From Gammaproteobacteria bacterium (lineage in GTDB: Bacteria; Pseudomonadota; Gammaproteobacteria; Eutrophobiales; Eutrophobiaceae): a stretch of DNA of 64,000 bases. A program made the translations under genes and the position numbers. Each line of letters begins with the position of its first letter. The first letter of the stretch is position 1. Of the stretch, positions 10,551 through 20,523 are shown piece by piece. The notes below the pieces were generated by a model that saw only the letters and a program-made list of their open reading frames with translations, searched no databases and had not been told where the DNA came from. The stretch covers positions 640,001-704,000 of the forward strand of contig CBDEUK010000002.1 in the NCBI GenBank assembly GCA_965243205.1, given 5' to 3'.

Positions 10551-11048
10551 ATGAACGTAAAAATGACAACCTCGATAGGTGACTTCGTATTAGAACTTGA
10601 TGCGGAAAAAGCCCCGATTACCGTAGAAAATTTTATCAACTATGTGAAATCAGGCCATTACGATGGCACTATTTTTCATCGTGTCATTAGTGATTTTATG
10701 ATTCAAGGTGGCGGCATGGACGAAGACATGAAACAGAAAGAAACCAATGCATGTATACAAAACGAAGCCAACAATGGTTTAGAAAATAAAGTGGGTACCA
10801 TTGCTATGGCCAGAACCAGTGCACCTCATTCTGCTAGCTCGCAATTTTTTATTAATACTAAAGATAATGACTTTTTAAATTTCCGCAGTGAATCGCCCGA
10901 TGGTTGGGGTTATTGTGTGTTTGGTAAAGTCACTGAAGGCATGGATATAGTAGAAAAAATTGAAGCAGTTGATACAACGATTCGTAATGGTCATCAAGAT
11001 GTGCCAGCTGAAAATATTGTTATAAGCAAAGCCGAAGTTCTGGATTAA
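10551..11048 (+). CDS. ppiB: Cyclophilin-type peptidyl-prolyl isomerase
   Basis: [25 protein letters not shown]; between cysS and lpxH. Confidence 0.96.
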   Translation: MNVKMTTSIGDFVLELDAEKAPITVENFINYVKSGHYDGTIFHRVISDFMIQGGGMDEDMKQKETNACIQNEANNGLENKVGTIAMARTSAPHSASSQFFINTKDNDFLNFRSESPDGWGYCVFGKVTEGMDIVEKIEAVDTTIRNGHQDVPAENIVISKAEVLD

Positions 11049-11064
11049 TTTTAATCTCTACTTT

Positions 11065-11802
11065 ATGCAAACATTATTTATTTCAGATTTGCATCTCGAC
11101 CAATCTAGATCAGAAAAAGTCGAATTATTTATTAACTTTCTGGAATCATTATCTCCTGATGTAAAACAATTATTTATATTGGGAGATTTATTTGAGTTTT
11201 GGAATGGCGATGATGATCTCAGCGATTGTCATAACTCAATTCTTATGTCTCTAAAAAAATTATCAGGAAAAGATATTCAATTATTTGTGATGCGAGGTAA
11301 TCGAGATTTTTTATTAGGCAAACAATTTGAAAATCTTACGAATGCTCGTCTATTAGATGATCCTACAATAATTGATTTGTTCGGCAAAAAGATTTTAATC
11401 ATGCATGGTGATTTATTATGTACGGACGACTTCAGTTATCAACGATTAAGAAAAATCACTAACAACTTATTATTACAAAAAATCTTTTTATTATTACCTT
11501 TATGGTTACGTAAAAAGATTTCTAACCGTGGTCGAAAAATCAGTCAAACTCAAAATAAAACTAAAACGTTAGAAATAATGGATGTCAATCAATCAACGGT
11601 TGAAGAATATTTAATAGAATATCAAGCGGATGAATTGATTCACGGTCATACACATCGACAAGCTATCCACGAAATAACTTTACTAGAAAAAAAAATAAAA
11701 CGAATTGTTTTAGGAGATTGGTATAACGAAGATTCTGTTCTAGTTTATAGTGATGAATCCATAGGGTTTATGCGAATCAAAGATTACATTCGTCAATATT
11801 AA
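11065..11802 (+). CDS. lpxH: UDP-2,3-diacylglucosamine hydrolase
   Basis: ISDLHL, GDLFE, GNRDFL, HGD, HGHTH, LGDW. Confidence 0.96.
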   Translation: MQTLFISDLHLDQSRSEKVELFINFLESLSPDVKQLFILGDLFEFWNGDDDLSDCHNSILMSLKKLSGKDIQLFVMRGNRDFLLGKQFENLTNARLLDDPTIIDLFGKKILIMHGDLLCTDDFSYQRLRKITNNLLLQKIFLLLPLWLRKKISNRGRKISQTQNKTKTLEIMDVNQSTVEEYLIEYQADELIHGHTHRQAIHEITLLEKKIKRIVLGDWYNEDSVLVYSDESIGFMRIKDYIRQY

Positions 11803-11803
11803 A

Positions 11804-12652
11804 CTATGATAACCATCCTTGAATCGTACTGAAGGCAATCACAACTAACCAAAGCACTAAACCACGATTCACTAAGCCAAGCGCTTCATCTAGCCAATCG
11901 GCAATCGAAACATCGTCTAATTTCATATATTGAATGGCTGCTCTTGCTGAATCAACTAACAATTCCTGTTGTGATGCCAAATCTAAGCTATCGTGTTGCT
12001 GCCAAGCTTTCAGTGTATCGGATAAACTACCAACTAACGCAAAGGTTAATACAGTTAGTTGAGTCACTGGCCAATTTAGAATTCGATTTAAATTCTTAAC
12101 AGAATCAGTAAAACCACCATGAATATCGTGTTGTCTGAGATACAATAATTGAGAGAGTTTATAAATAAACGCTCCAAGTGGTCCTAAAACCATGAACCAA
12201 AAAATTACACCGAAAATGTTCACCAAACTTTGTGAAAATAAACCATCTAACAATCGATTTTCATAACTATCATCTTCTGAAATATCGGTCGTTAATTTTG
12301 CAGCCGCATTGTTTAATTCAACTTGATCATTTTCTTTATGTGCTTCGATAAAATCATAAACGCTATCAACGAGAGCTTCACGTTTTAAACAAACAAATAA
12401 TATAAGTACAGAAAATACTGTACCTAATAAACTCCATATATCATTCAAGGCATATAAAACCACTAATAAAATGATACAAGGGAGCAATAATGGTAATAAT
12501 ACGCCAATCGCACTGTTCCATATCCCATAATTAGACACACGTTTTTCCAACCAATACACATGGTCTTGAAACCAGTTAAAACGACGTAGGTGATCAAACC
12601 GTGAAGTCATCCTACCTAAAAATAATGCGATTAAAATTATGATCAGCTGCAT
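11804..12652 (-). CDS. ampE: AmpE/CobD-like inner membrane protein
   Basis: Multi-TM, FGVIFWFMVLGPLGA motif, directly downstream of ampD; ATG 12652 preferred. Confidence 0.85.
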   Translation of the reverse strand: MQLIIILIALFLGRMTSRFDHLRRFNWFQDHVYWLEKRVSNYGIWNSAIGVLLPLLLPCIILLVVLYALNDIWSLLGTVFSVLILFVCLKREALVDSVYDFIEAHKENDQVELNNAAAKLTTDISEDDSYENRLLDGLFSQSLVNIFGVIFWFMVLGPLGAFIYKLSQLLYLRQHDIHGGFTDSVKNLNRILNWPVTQLTVLTFALVGSLSDTLKAWQQHDSLDLASQQELLVDSARAAIQYMKLDDVSIADWLDEALGLVNRGLVLWLVVIAFSTIQGWLS

Positions 12653-12656
12653 CTTA

Positions 12657-13253
12657 TCAACCAAATGTGTTTTCTGTTTCTAATAAATTATAATACGTAT
12701 CCCAATCAAAGTATGGTCCTGGGTCCGTTTTTCTGCCAGGCGCTATATCTGAATGCCCTACAATATTGGTTTTTTTTATATTTGGATAAGTTTTCTGTAT
12801 GAATTGAGTCAATTTGACCAATTTTTCATATTGTATCGTTTCAAATTCAGATTCATCACTCCCCTCAAGTTCAATACCTATCGAAAAATCATTACACACC
12901 TCTCGACCACAAAAAATCGATTTGCCAGCATGCCAAGCTCGCTTATTCAGCGGTACAAATTGGGTAACATCCCCTTTCCTATCGATTAATAAATGCGCTG
13001 AAACCTTCAGATCCGAAATTTCTTTGAAATATTCATGCTTATTTGGATCGAGGTTATTTGTAAACAATTGTTCTATAAATTCACCTCCAAATTGATTGGG
13101 CGGCAAACTGATCGCATGTATCACCAGAAGATCAATTGTCGTATTTTCAGGCCGCTCATCAAAATTTGGTGATTCAATATGACGAATGTCTGTTAACCAA
13201 AGGTCGTCTGAATTTTCTTTGAATTGGTATGTTTCTGTGTTTTGAACTATCAA
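12657..13253 (-). CDS. ampD: 1,6-anhydro-N-acetylmuramyl-L-alanine amidase
   Basis: HAISLPP, VSAH, AWHAG, SIGIELEG, GHSDIAPGRKTDPG. Confidence 0.97.
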   Translation of the reverse strand: MIVQNTETYQFKENSDDLWLTDIRHIESPNFDERPENTTIDLLVIHAISLPPNQFGGEFIEQLFTNNLDPNKHEYFKEISDLKVSAHLLIDRKGDVTQFVPLNKRAWHAGKSIFCGREVCNDFSIGIELEGSDESEFETIQYEKLVKLTQFIQKTYPNIKKTNIVGHSDIAPGRKTDPGPYFDWDTYYNLLETENTFG

Positions 13254-13310
13254 AGTGTTTTTAACTCATGATAATCTATCAATAATTAAAATAATCTATT
13301 TTACTTACAT

Positions 13311-14081
13311 ATGTGCCGACTCGCAGCTTACATAGGTTCAGAGTTATCTTTGCAAGAGTTTATCATTTCTCCACCACATAGTTTATACAAACAATCGTGG
13401 CAACCAAAAGAAATGCAAGAAGCTACTTTAAACGCCGACGGTTTTGGCTTTGCTTGGTATGATGACAAAAATTCCCCTCGGCATTATCGAAATACTGTAC
13501 CTATCTGGGCTGATGTCAATCTGATGCAATTATCCTCTACATTAAAGTCTAACCTATGGCTTGCGTATGTTAGGAGTGCAACACCAGGACAAGGAATGGG
13601 TATTAATAATACTCAACCATTTATCCATGAAAATCTAACGTTTGTACATAATGGATTCATCAAAGAATTTGATCATGTTAAAACTCAGTTTATAGAATTT
13701 CTTTCGACAGAAATCCTCGCAGACATAAAAGGTGATACGGATTCAGAATACCTATTCGCCTTATTTAAACAGATTTACTCAAATCATAATTCTATCTTAG
13801 ATAGCTACAAAGAATTTTGTCAGCAACTAAAAATTTTATGTGGAGAAAAAATTGCCTTAGTCAATATTATAATTTCAGATGGTCGTAATATTGGTGCATT
13901 AAAATTTGCACATAATTCTCAACCACCTTCTTTATATTATTTAATAACAGAAAATGGAATTGAAAAGAGTATCCGAATTGCATCTGAGCCATTTGATGAT
14001 CAAATATGGGAATCTATACCAAGCAACTCTGTATTATTAATCGATAAGAATCTCTTATGCCAAACGTATCGACTCGACTAG
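13311..14081 (+). CDS. egtC: Ergothioneine biosynthesis Ntn-hydrolase EgtC
   Basis: N-terminal MCRL nucleophile, NADGFG, VRSAT, HNG, GDTDSE; adjacent to egtB. Confidence 0.85.
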   Translation: MCRLAAYIGSELSLQEFIISPPHSLYKQSWQPKEMQEATLNADGFGFAWYDDKNSPRHYRNTVPIWADVNLMQLSSTLKSNLWLAYVRSATPGQGMGINNTQPFIHENLTFVHNGFIKEFDHVKTQFIEFLSTEILADIKGDTDSEYLFALFKQIYSNHNSILDSYKEFCQQLKILCGEKIALVNIIISDGRNIGALKFAHNSQPPSLYYLITENGIEKSIRIASEPFDDQIWESIPSNSVLLIDKNLLCQTYRLD

Positions 14082-15223
14082 ACGTACTCATAAACCGTCT
14101 TAGCGAATTACAAAAACAATGTATTCTTCTATTCGAACAAGCTGGAGAAAACCATTATAAAACACAATATCATAATGATTTAAGTCCTATTGGCTGGCAT
14201 CTTGGACATTGTGTATACACAGAAAATTATTGGGTCAAAGAAGCATGGTTACAATTAGAAACCTGTAATGATCAACTTAAACGTTTATACATTCCTGAAT
14301 TTTCAAAAAAGACCTTGCGGGGGGAATCATTACCTGATTTTTATACGCTAAAGAATTGGTCTCAAGAACTCCAACAAACGAATATTCGATTACTGATTGA
14401 ACATCATTTATCTGATCATCACTTAGCATATGATTATTTTATCATTCGTTTTTTAATTCAACACTATGCCCAACACTTAGAAACCATGCAGATGGTTTTA
14501 CAAGCAAAAGCCATTTCAGAGTCAATAAATATTATAAGTAATACGTTTTCTCAAGCAATACAAAGTAAAGAAACGATTACGATACCATCGGGCAATTATC
14601 AAATTGGCAATGATCGGCAAGGTTTCTTTTACGATAATGAATTAATAGAACATGATATAAAGCTTGATAGATTTACCATTACTACAAACCCGGTAACAAA
14701 CAGTGACTATTTAGCCTTTATGAATGATCAAGGATATGAACGTATAGACTTATGGCCTACATCTGCCCATAAATGGTTACATCAAAACTTGCATAAACAT
14801 CCATTCCATTGGCAAAAAAATCAAGATGATAAATGGTCTATCGTTACCACTGGCAGCTCACAAACTCTTGTCGACAATGAACCAGTCTATGGTATCAATT
14901 GGTATGAGGCCTCAGCATATGCTAAATGGTCAAAGGCTCGATTACCACATGAATATGAATGGGAAGTTGCGTGCAAAATGAATTTGCTAGAACAAATAGG
15001 AACTGCTTGGGAATGGTGCAGTAATACTTTTCATGCTTATCCTGACTTTAAAGCTTATCCATACGAAGGCTACTCCTTACCTTATTTTGATAACAATCAC
15101 TATGTCTTAAAAGGCGGCAGTCGATTTACACAAGAAGAAATAAAACGCCCAAGTTTTCGAAACTATTACGAACCCGATAAACGTCATCACTTTGCTGGAT
15201 TGCGCTTGGCTTACGACAAATAA
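14057..15223 (+). CDS. egtB: Ergothioneine sulfoxide synthase EgtB (DinB_2 + FGE-sulfatase-like)
   Basis: SPIGWHLGH, QHYAQHLET iron-binding His set, RLPHEYEWE, WEW, PYEGYS, SFRNYY. Confidence 0.85.
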   Translation: MPNVSTRLDVLINRLSELQKQCILLFEQAGENHYKTQYHNDLSPIGWHLGHCVYTENYWVKEAWLQLETCNDQLKRLYIPEFSKKTLRGESLPDFYTLKNWSQELQQTNIRLLIEHHLSDHHLAYDYFIIRFLIQHYAQHLETMQMVLQAKAISESINIISNTFSQAIQSKETITIPSGNYQIGNDRQGFFYDNELIEHDIKLDRFTITTNPVTNSDYLAFMNDQGYERIDLWPTSAHKWLHQNLHKHPFHWQKNQDDKWSIVTTGSSQTLVDNEPVYGINWYEASAYAKWSKARLPHEYEWEVACKMNLLEQIGTAWEWCSNTFHAYPDFKAYPYEGYSLPYFDNNHYVLKGGSRFTQEEIKRPSFRNYYEPDKRHHFAGLRLAYDK

Positions 15224-15230
15224 ACTTGGA

Positions 15231-15827
15231 CTATTTAGCAGCTTCAGCAGGTTTTGCTGCTTCCAGTAATTCAGTTATTTCTTTAGCTTTTAAATTTTCG
15301 GCAATCATCATTGCCGTTTTATTATTTTTATCTGCAATGGTCACGTCAGCACCTGCATCCAATAATAAAGTAGTTAACTTAATATCTTTTTTATTCACTG
15401 CGATCATCAATGCTGTACGCCCATTATTATCTTTGGCATCAACATCCGCGCCTTCTATTAATAATTCTTCCATAACGCGAACGTTTTTGTAGAAGGTTGC
15501 GCCCATTAATGCTGTGCGTCCTAAAGCATTCGTTGCATTGATATCGGCCCCATTTTCAATCAACATTTGTAATCGTTTAAAACGACCTTGTTTTGCCGCC
15601 ATGTAAATTTCAGGAGGTTTTGTTTCTTTAGGGGTTGCAGATGAGTCTTCTGCTGTAGATTCTTCGGTTGTTGATTCAGTTTCAGCAGCGGCTGGATCAG
15701 CTGCTTCGGCCGCCTCTTGGCCTGATACTGTTATCGAAAACAGTATCAGGCTTATGGCACAGATACACGTCGCATAATGTCTGGTACTAAAAATACGGCT
15801 CATATTCACTTTATCGTCAATTTTCAT
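15231..15827 (-). CDS. Exported ankyrin-repeat protein
   Basis: Hydrophobic signal-like segment, Ala/Glu/Thr linker, repeated GADxN/D..GRTALM. Confidence 0.88.
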   Translation of the reverse strand: MKIDDKVNMSRIFSTRHYATCICAISLILFSITVSGQEAAEAADPAAAETESTTEESTAEDSSATPKETKPPEIYMAAKQGRFKRLQMLIENGADINATNALGRTALMGATFYKNVRVMEELLIEGADVDAKDNNGRTALMIAVNKKDIKLTTLLLDAGADVTIADKNNKTAMMIAENLKAKEITELLEAAKPAEAAK

Positions 15828-15896
15828 AAGATATTTAGTACAAAATTCGTTCCAACTGAATCTTTTTCAAACAAGATGTTATGGCATAATCACCCT

Positions 15897-16427
15897 ATGC
15901 AAGAACACAATGAACAAAAAAGCATGGGTCAATGGATGATCGCCGCAGGTTGGATCGTTTTTTTATTATTGTTAACCATGTTTTTTGGTGATTTCTTAGA
16001 AAAAGAAAATAACCCTAATCAAACACCTCTTTCTTCCAGTGATAATCAAACACGTACTGTCGTTCTCAAACAAAACCGTTATGGTCATTACGTTGCTACG
16101 GGGGCAATTAATCAAGAGCCTGTAATTTTTTTTCTTGATACAGGCGCAACTGATGTTAGTGTTCCGCAATCAGTCGCTAATAGGCTAAACCTAAAACTCG
16201 GCTGGGCCAGCTCAGTCAATACTGCAAACGGTACTGTCTCCGTTTATTCCACGGAATTACAATCTGTCAGTCTCGGTTCCATTGAAGTCAGAAATGTTCG
16301 TGCACATATCAACCCTCATATGGAAGGTGATGAAATATTATTGGGCATGAGTTTTTTGAAACACCTGGCTTTTTCACAACAAGGCGATAAGCTGACCTTA
16401 ACTCAAACAACAACGGCTTCACCATAA
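15897..16427 (+). CDS. Clan AA (retropepsin-like) aspartic protease, TIGR02281-like
   Basis: One TM helix, GHY, FFLDTGAT, ILLGMSFL; ATG 15897 preferred. Confidence 0.9.
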   Translation: MQEHNEQKSMGQWMIAAGWIVFLLLLTMFFGDFLEKENNPNQTPLSSSDNQTRTVVLKQNRYGHYVATGAINQEPVIFFLDTGATDVSVPQSVANRLNLKLGWASSVNTANGTVSVYSTELQSVSLGSIEVRNVRAHINPHMEGDEILLGMSFLKHLAFSQQGDKLTLTQTTTASP

Positions 16428-17779
16428 TGCTAAAAAAAATCTTAGGCTGTGTTTCTGAACAAACTTGTATCAATGATCTCAATAGCATTATTTGGGGAGA
16501 GTATGTACTCATACCGTTACTGGCTTTAGTTGGAATTTATTTAACCATCGGTTTAAAAGCCATTACCTGGCGTACTGCCATTCCTGCCTTTTACACTCTG
16601 TGGCGTAGTCGTTCTGCCAATAATCAACAAGGTGATATCCCGCCTTTTCATGCACTCATGACAGCTTTATCAGCAACAATAGGCACAGGTAATATTGCAG
16701 GTGTAGCAACTGCAATCGTGGCTGGAGGACCTGGTGCTATATTTTGGATGTGGATCATCGCTTTATTCGGCATGGCGACAAAATATGCTGAAGCCGTATT
16801 GGCCGTAAAATACCGTGAACAAGATGAATTAGGTAACTACGTTGGTGGACCAATGTATTACATCAAAAATGGTCTTGGTCATCATTGGCATTGGCTTGGT
16901 AGTGCATTCGCCCTATTCGGAATGTTCGCAGCCTTTGGTATAGGTAACTTGGTTCAGTCCAATTCCGTTGCAGCAGTCGTACAATCAAATTTAGGTGTTG
17001 ATACAACAATTACAGGAGCAATATTAGCAATATTAGCCGCAGTGGTAATTCTAGGCGGTATCCAACGAATTGGGGTCGTTGCTGCGAAACTTGTACCGCT
17101 GATGGCAATAGCCTATATCATCTGTGCGCTGTATATCATACTGACACATATCACCGAAATACCTTCTGCGTTATCTTTGATTATCTATCATGCCTTTAAT
17201 GAAACTGCGGCTACAGGTGGTTTTGCTGGCGCGACAGTTTGGGCCGCTATCCGTTTTGGTGTAGCACGCGGTATCTTTTCAAATGAAGCGGGATTAGGCA
17301 GTGCGCCAATTGCACATGCTGCTGCACAAACGTCTGATCCTGTAACACAAGGTAAGATTGCTATGCTTGGTACTTTGATCGATACCTTAATCATTTGCAC
17401 CATGACGGCTTTAATTATTTTAATCAGTGGAGAATGGACTGGCGGTAGTAATGGCGCAGCACTTTCTTCCAATGCATTTGCCTTTGGTATTCCTGGTTTT
17501 GGTGGTTATGTTGTGGCAATTGCTTTAACCGTATTTGCTTTCACAACAATATTAGGCTGGAGTTATTATGGTGAACGTTGTGCTGAATATATTTTCGGAA
17601 TCAAAGCGATCATCATCTATCGTATAGCTTGGATAGTGGTAATATTCACTGGTGCAATTATTCATAAGATTGAAATTGTCTGGAACTTATCAGATTTGCT
17701 CAACGGTTTGATGGCCTTACCAAATTTAATCGCCCTACTCTTATTAAGCCCCATCGTTTTTAAACTCTCTAAGAAATAA
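16427..17779 (+). CDS. Alanine/glycine:cation symporter (AGCS family)
   Basis: ATIGTGNIAGVA, GGPGAIFWMW, GGPMYY, FSNEAGLGS. Confidence 0.95.
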   Translation: MLKKILGCVSEQTCINDLNSIIWGEYVLIPLLALVGIYLTIGLKAITWRTAIPAFYTLWRSRSANNQQGDIPPFHALMTALSATIGTGNIAGVATAIVAGGPGAIFWMWIIALFGMATKYAEAVLAVKYREQDELGNYVGGPMYYIKNGLGHHWHWLGSAFALFGMFAAFGIGNLVQSNSVAAVVQSNLGVDTTITGAILAILAAVVILGGIQRIGVVAAKLVPLMAIAYIICALYIILTHITEIPSALSLIIYHAFNETAATGGFAGATVWAAIRFGVARGIFSNEAGLGSAPIAHAAAQTSDPVTQGKIAMLGTLIDTLIICTMTALIILISGEWTGGSNGAALSSNAFAFGIPGFGGYVVAIALTVFAFTTILGWSYYGERCAEYIFGIKAIIIYRIAWIVVIFTGAIIHKIEIVWNLSDLLNGLMALPNLIALLLLSPIVFKLSKK

Positions 17780-17784
17780 TTTAC

Positions 17785-18624
17785 ATGCATACCTTACCTG
17801 ATGATATTAATAAAGTCGTAGCCTTTGCCTTAGAAGAAGACATAAAAACTGGTGACGTTACAGCCAACTTAATCCCTGAAAATTCTCTATCAACCGCCAA
17901 GGTCATTTGTCGTGAACAAGCTGTTCTAAGTGGTAAAGCTTGGTTTGACGAAGTTTTCCATCAACTTGATAACGCTATTTCCATCGATTGGAAATTTAAT
18001 GATGGTGATGTAATCTCAACTGATGATGAGATATGTCGATTACATGGCAATACTCGAACGATTTTAACGGGTGAACGTACTGCATTAAACTTTTTACAGA
18101 CTCTTTCTGGAACCGCGACCATCGTGCATGAATATAGTCAATTGGTTAAAGATTACTCTACAAAAATCCTAGATACTCGGAAAACCATTCCAGGTCTACG
18201 TAACGCCCAAAAATACGCTGTTCTATGTGGCGGAGGCATGAACCATCGCATGGGCTTATACGATGCTATCTTGATAAAAGAAAATCATATTATTGCTGCC
18301 GGCAGTATTGAAAAAGCCGTCGAACAAGCAAAAAAACAAAACGTCCCAATCGAAGTTGAAGTTGAATCCATTGATGAGTTAGAGCAAGCCATTGCCGCTG
18401 GTACGGATCGAGTATTACTTGATAACTTCAGCCTTGAAATGTTAGAACAGGCAGTCGATCTGAATAATATGATTACTGCAGGAAAAGTTGAGCTTGAAGC
18501 TTCAGGCGGAGTGGATGAATCCACACTTGAACATATTGCAGCTACTGGTGTGAACTATGTTTCCATCGGTGGCCTTACTAAACACCTTAAAGCCACCGAC
18601 TTTTCTATGCGGTTTGTAGAATAA
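17785..18624 (+). CDS. nadC: Quinolinate phosphoribosyltransferase
   Basis: ALEED..GDVT, ERTALN, DTRKTIPGLR, KENH, LLDNF, EASGG. Confidence 0.98.
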   Translation: MHTLPDDINKVVAFALEEDIKTGDVTANLIPENSLSTAKVICREQAVLSGKAWFDEVFHQLDNAISIDWKFNDGDVISTDDEICRLHGNTRTILTGERTALNFLQTLSGTATIVHEYSQLVKDYSTKILDTRKTIPGLRNAQKYAVLCGGGMNHRMGLYDAILIKENHIIAAGSIEKAVEQAKKQNVPIEVEVESIDELEQAIAAGTDRVLLDNFSLEMLEQAVDLNNMITAGKVELEASGGVDESTLEHIAATGVNYVSIGGLTKHLKATDFSMRFVE

Positions 18625-18626
18625 AC

Positions 18627-19250
18627 TTATAGACGTTCTTTAACTGTTGTATAAACAGCTTCTAACAATTCGTCACTGCCTGCTAATACTTCCTCTAATT
18701 GTTTAGCACGATCATCAGCAAACTCTTTGTCCTTGATACCGCCGATATTAATATAAACATTTAATGCGGCGCTTCTTAATGCTCCATAAGCTGCTAAGAC
18801 AGAAACACCTGAATCACTGATGACATTCTTGTTGCCTTTTTCAGCAACTGGTTTACTCACTTCCATAACTTCACGCGCTAACTTTGCACATGCTAAAGGA
18901 ACATCGGTCGCTTCTTTTAAAGCCTCTTGAATTTCAGCCGACCGAGCTGCTTTTTCATCATCGGTTTCTTTCGGCATACCATAAGCACCCATCACTCGAT
19001 CGAATACATCCATATCCGCTTTTATCATATCCATCATACGTGAACGCATATCTTCTGTTTTCTTTAGGGCTTCTTGCATTTCAGCATCGACTTCCTCGTA
19101 ATTTTTCTTACCAACGGTCAGATTGCATACCATGCTGGTAAGTGCTGCGCCCATAGCACCCATAATCGCTGCCGCACCACCACCACCAGGTGTTGGCGCA
19201 CTGCTGGCTAACGCATCTAAAAATTCAGAAATCGGTTGGTCTTTAATCAT
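18627..19250 (-). CDS. fchA: Methenyltetrahydrofolate cyclohydrolase (Fch)
   Basis: FLDALASSAPTPGGGGAAA..GAMGAAL.SMVCNLT, matching Methylorubrum Fch; next to mtdA. Confidence 0.9.
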   Translation of the reverse strand: MIKDQPISEFLDALASSAPTPGGGGAAAIMGAMGAALTSMVCNLTVGKKNYEEVDAEMQEALKKTEDMRSRMMDMIKADMDVFDRVMGAYGMPKETDDEKAARSAEIQEALKEATDVPLACAKLAREVMEVSKPVAEKGNKNVISDSGVSVLAAYGALRSAALNVYINIGGIKDKEFADDRAKQLEEVLAGSDELLEAVYTTVKERL

Positions 19251-19495
19251 AATCGCCTCTCAAAAAGTATTAATTATTCGTTTTTTATTAAAAAAATGGC
19301 CGGTAATTATACGGCAGATATCTCTTTAGTCGAACTTAGATGTTGTGGTGAATCTCTGCTTCGGTTAATTTATAGGCCCATTAGACACGGCAGTTAGTGC
19401 AACATAATAACTACAAATAATAAGATGGACAGACTATATAAGTCCTATCTATTTGAATTATATATATTTTATTTCCAGAGAGAGAAAGTATTTCA

Positions 19496-20353
19496 ATGAA
19501 AAAACTGTTATTTCAACTAGACACTGATGAACATCCATCAGTATTTGATACTGTTGTCGCATACGACGGCGGCGCTGATCACGTAATCGGTCATGGTAAT
19601 GTGACCCCTGATAATGTCACTCCATTAGTTGAAGGCACCATCTTTACGCGTGCACCGAAAGAAAAAAAACACACAGCCATTTTTGTTGGTGGTAGTGATA
19701 TGGTTGCCGGCGAAAAATTGTTCAAAGCGGTGCAAAAGAATTTCTTTGCTGATTTCCGTGTATCAGTGATGCTCGACAGCAACGGTAGTAATACCACTGC
19801 TGCCGCAGGCGTTGCCAAAATGCTAACCAGTGGTGCACTCGAAGGCAAAGAAACGGTTATCTTGGCAGGCACAGGCCCTGTTGGTCGTCGTGCCGCTGTG
19901 ATGATGTGTATGGAAGGTGCTAATGTCACCATAACTTCACGTAGTGTAGAACGAGCCCAACAAGCTTGTGATGAAATCAAAAAAAGTTTTGGTGTTGATG
20001 TGAAAGCAGCCGAAGGTGCCGATAATGAAACTCGTGCAAAATTAATTGAGAATGCTCAAATTGTCTTTGCGACAGGCGCTGCAGGCGTTGAACTATTAAA
20101 AGAAGAGCATTGGAAAGATAATCCAAATATCGAAATTATGGCCGATGCGAATGCGACACCACCTTTGGGTATTGGCGGCACTGATATGTTAGACAAAGGC
20201 AATGATCGCCATGGCAAAGCGATGTGGGGTGCTATTGGTTTTGGAACGTTAAAATTGGCTGTGCATCGAGCTTGCATCGATAAACTATTTGAATCGAATG
20301 CTCAAACATTTGATGCCGAAGATATATTCAAGCTAGCAAAAGAAATGGCCTAA
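19496..20353 (+). CDS. mtdA: NADP-dependent methylene-H4MPT/H4F dehydrogenase
   Basis: KKLLFQ.DTD..PSVFD, YDGGADH, DSNGSNTTAAA, GTGPVG, C-terminal LAKEMA. Confidence 0.93.
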   Translation: MKKLLFQLDTDEHPSVFDTVVAYDGGADHVIGHGNVTPDNVTPLVEGTIFTRAPKEKKHTAIFVGGSDMVAGEKLFKAVQKNFFADFRVSVMLDSNGSNTTAAAGVAKMLTSGALEGKETVILAGTGPVGRRAAVMMCMEGANVTITSRSVERAQQACDEIKKSFGVDVKAAEGADNETRAKLIENAQIVFATGAAGVELLKEEHWKDNPNIEIMADANATPPLGIGGTDMLDKGNDRHGKAMWGAIGFGTLKLAVHRACIDKLFESNAQTFDAEDIFKLAKEMA

Positions 20354-20379
20354 CTCTTCCAACCTAAGTTTCATAATAC

Positions 20380-20408
20380 AAAAAACAGGCTTTCGGGCCT
20401 GTTTTTTT
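20380..20408 (+). terminator. Intrinsic terminator after mtdA
   Basis: AAAAAACAGGC-TTTCGG-GCCTGTTTTTTT. Confidence 0.85.
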
Positions 20409-20523
20409 GTGATTAAAACCTAGTAAAAAAATCGTTTATTTTCATCAAGATTTAGTACAATGTTGCTCCATTCAAATAAACTATTTCATTAATTAACCAT
20501 CCAGCTTAAATCAGAAGGGCAAA

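Noticed and set aside
14057-15223. Selenoneine synthase SenA or ovothiol synthase OvoA
   Set aside because: No senB/selD neighbours and no C-terminal methyltransferase domain; linkage to egtC favours EgtB
19251-19495. ZTP (pfl) or THF riboswitch upstream of fch/mtdA
   Set aside because: Plausible by context, but I could not find the conserved motifs on either strand; an Infernal scan would settle it
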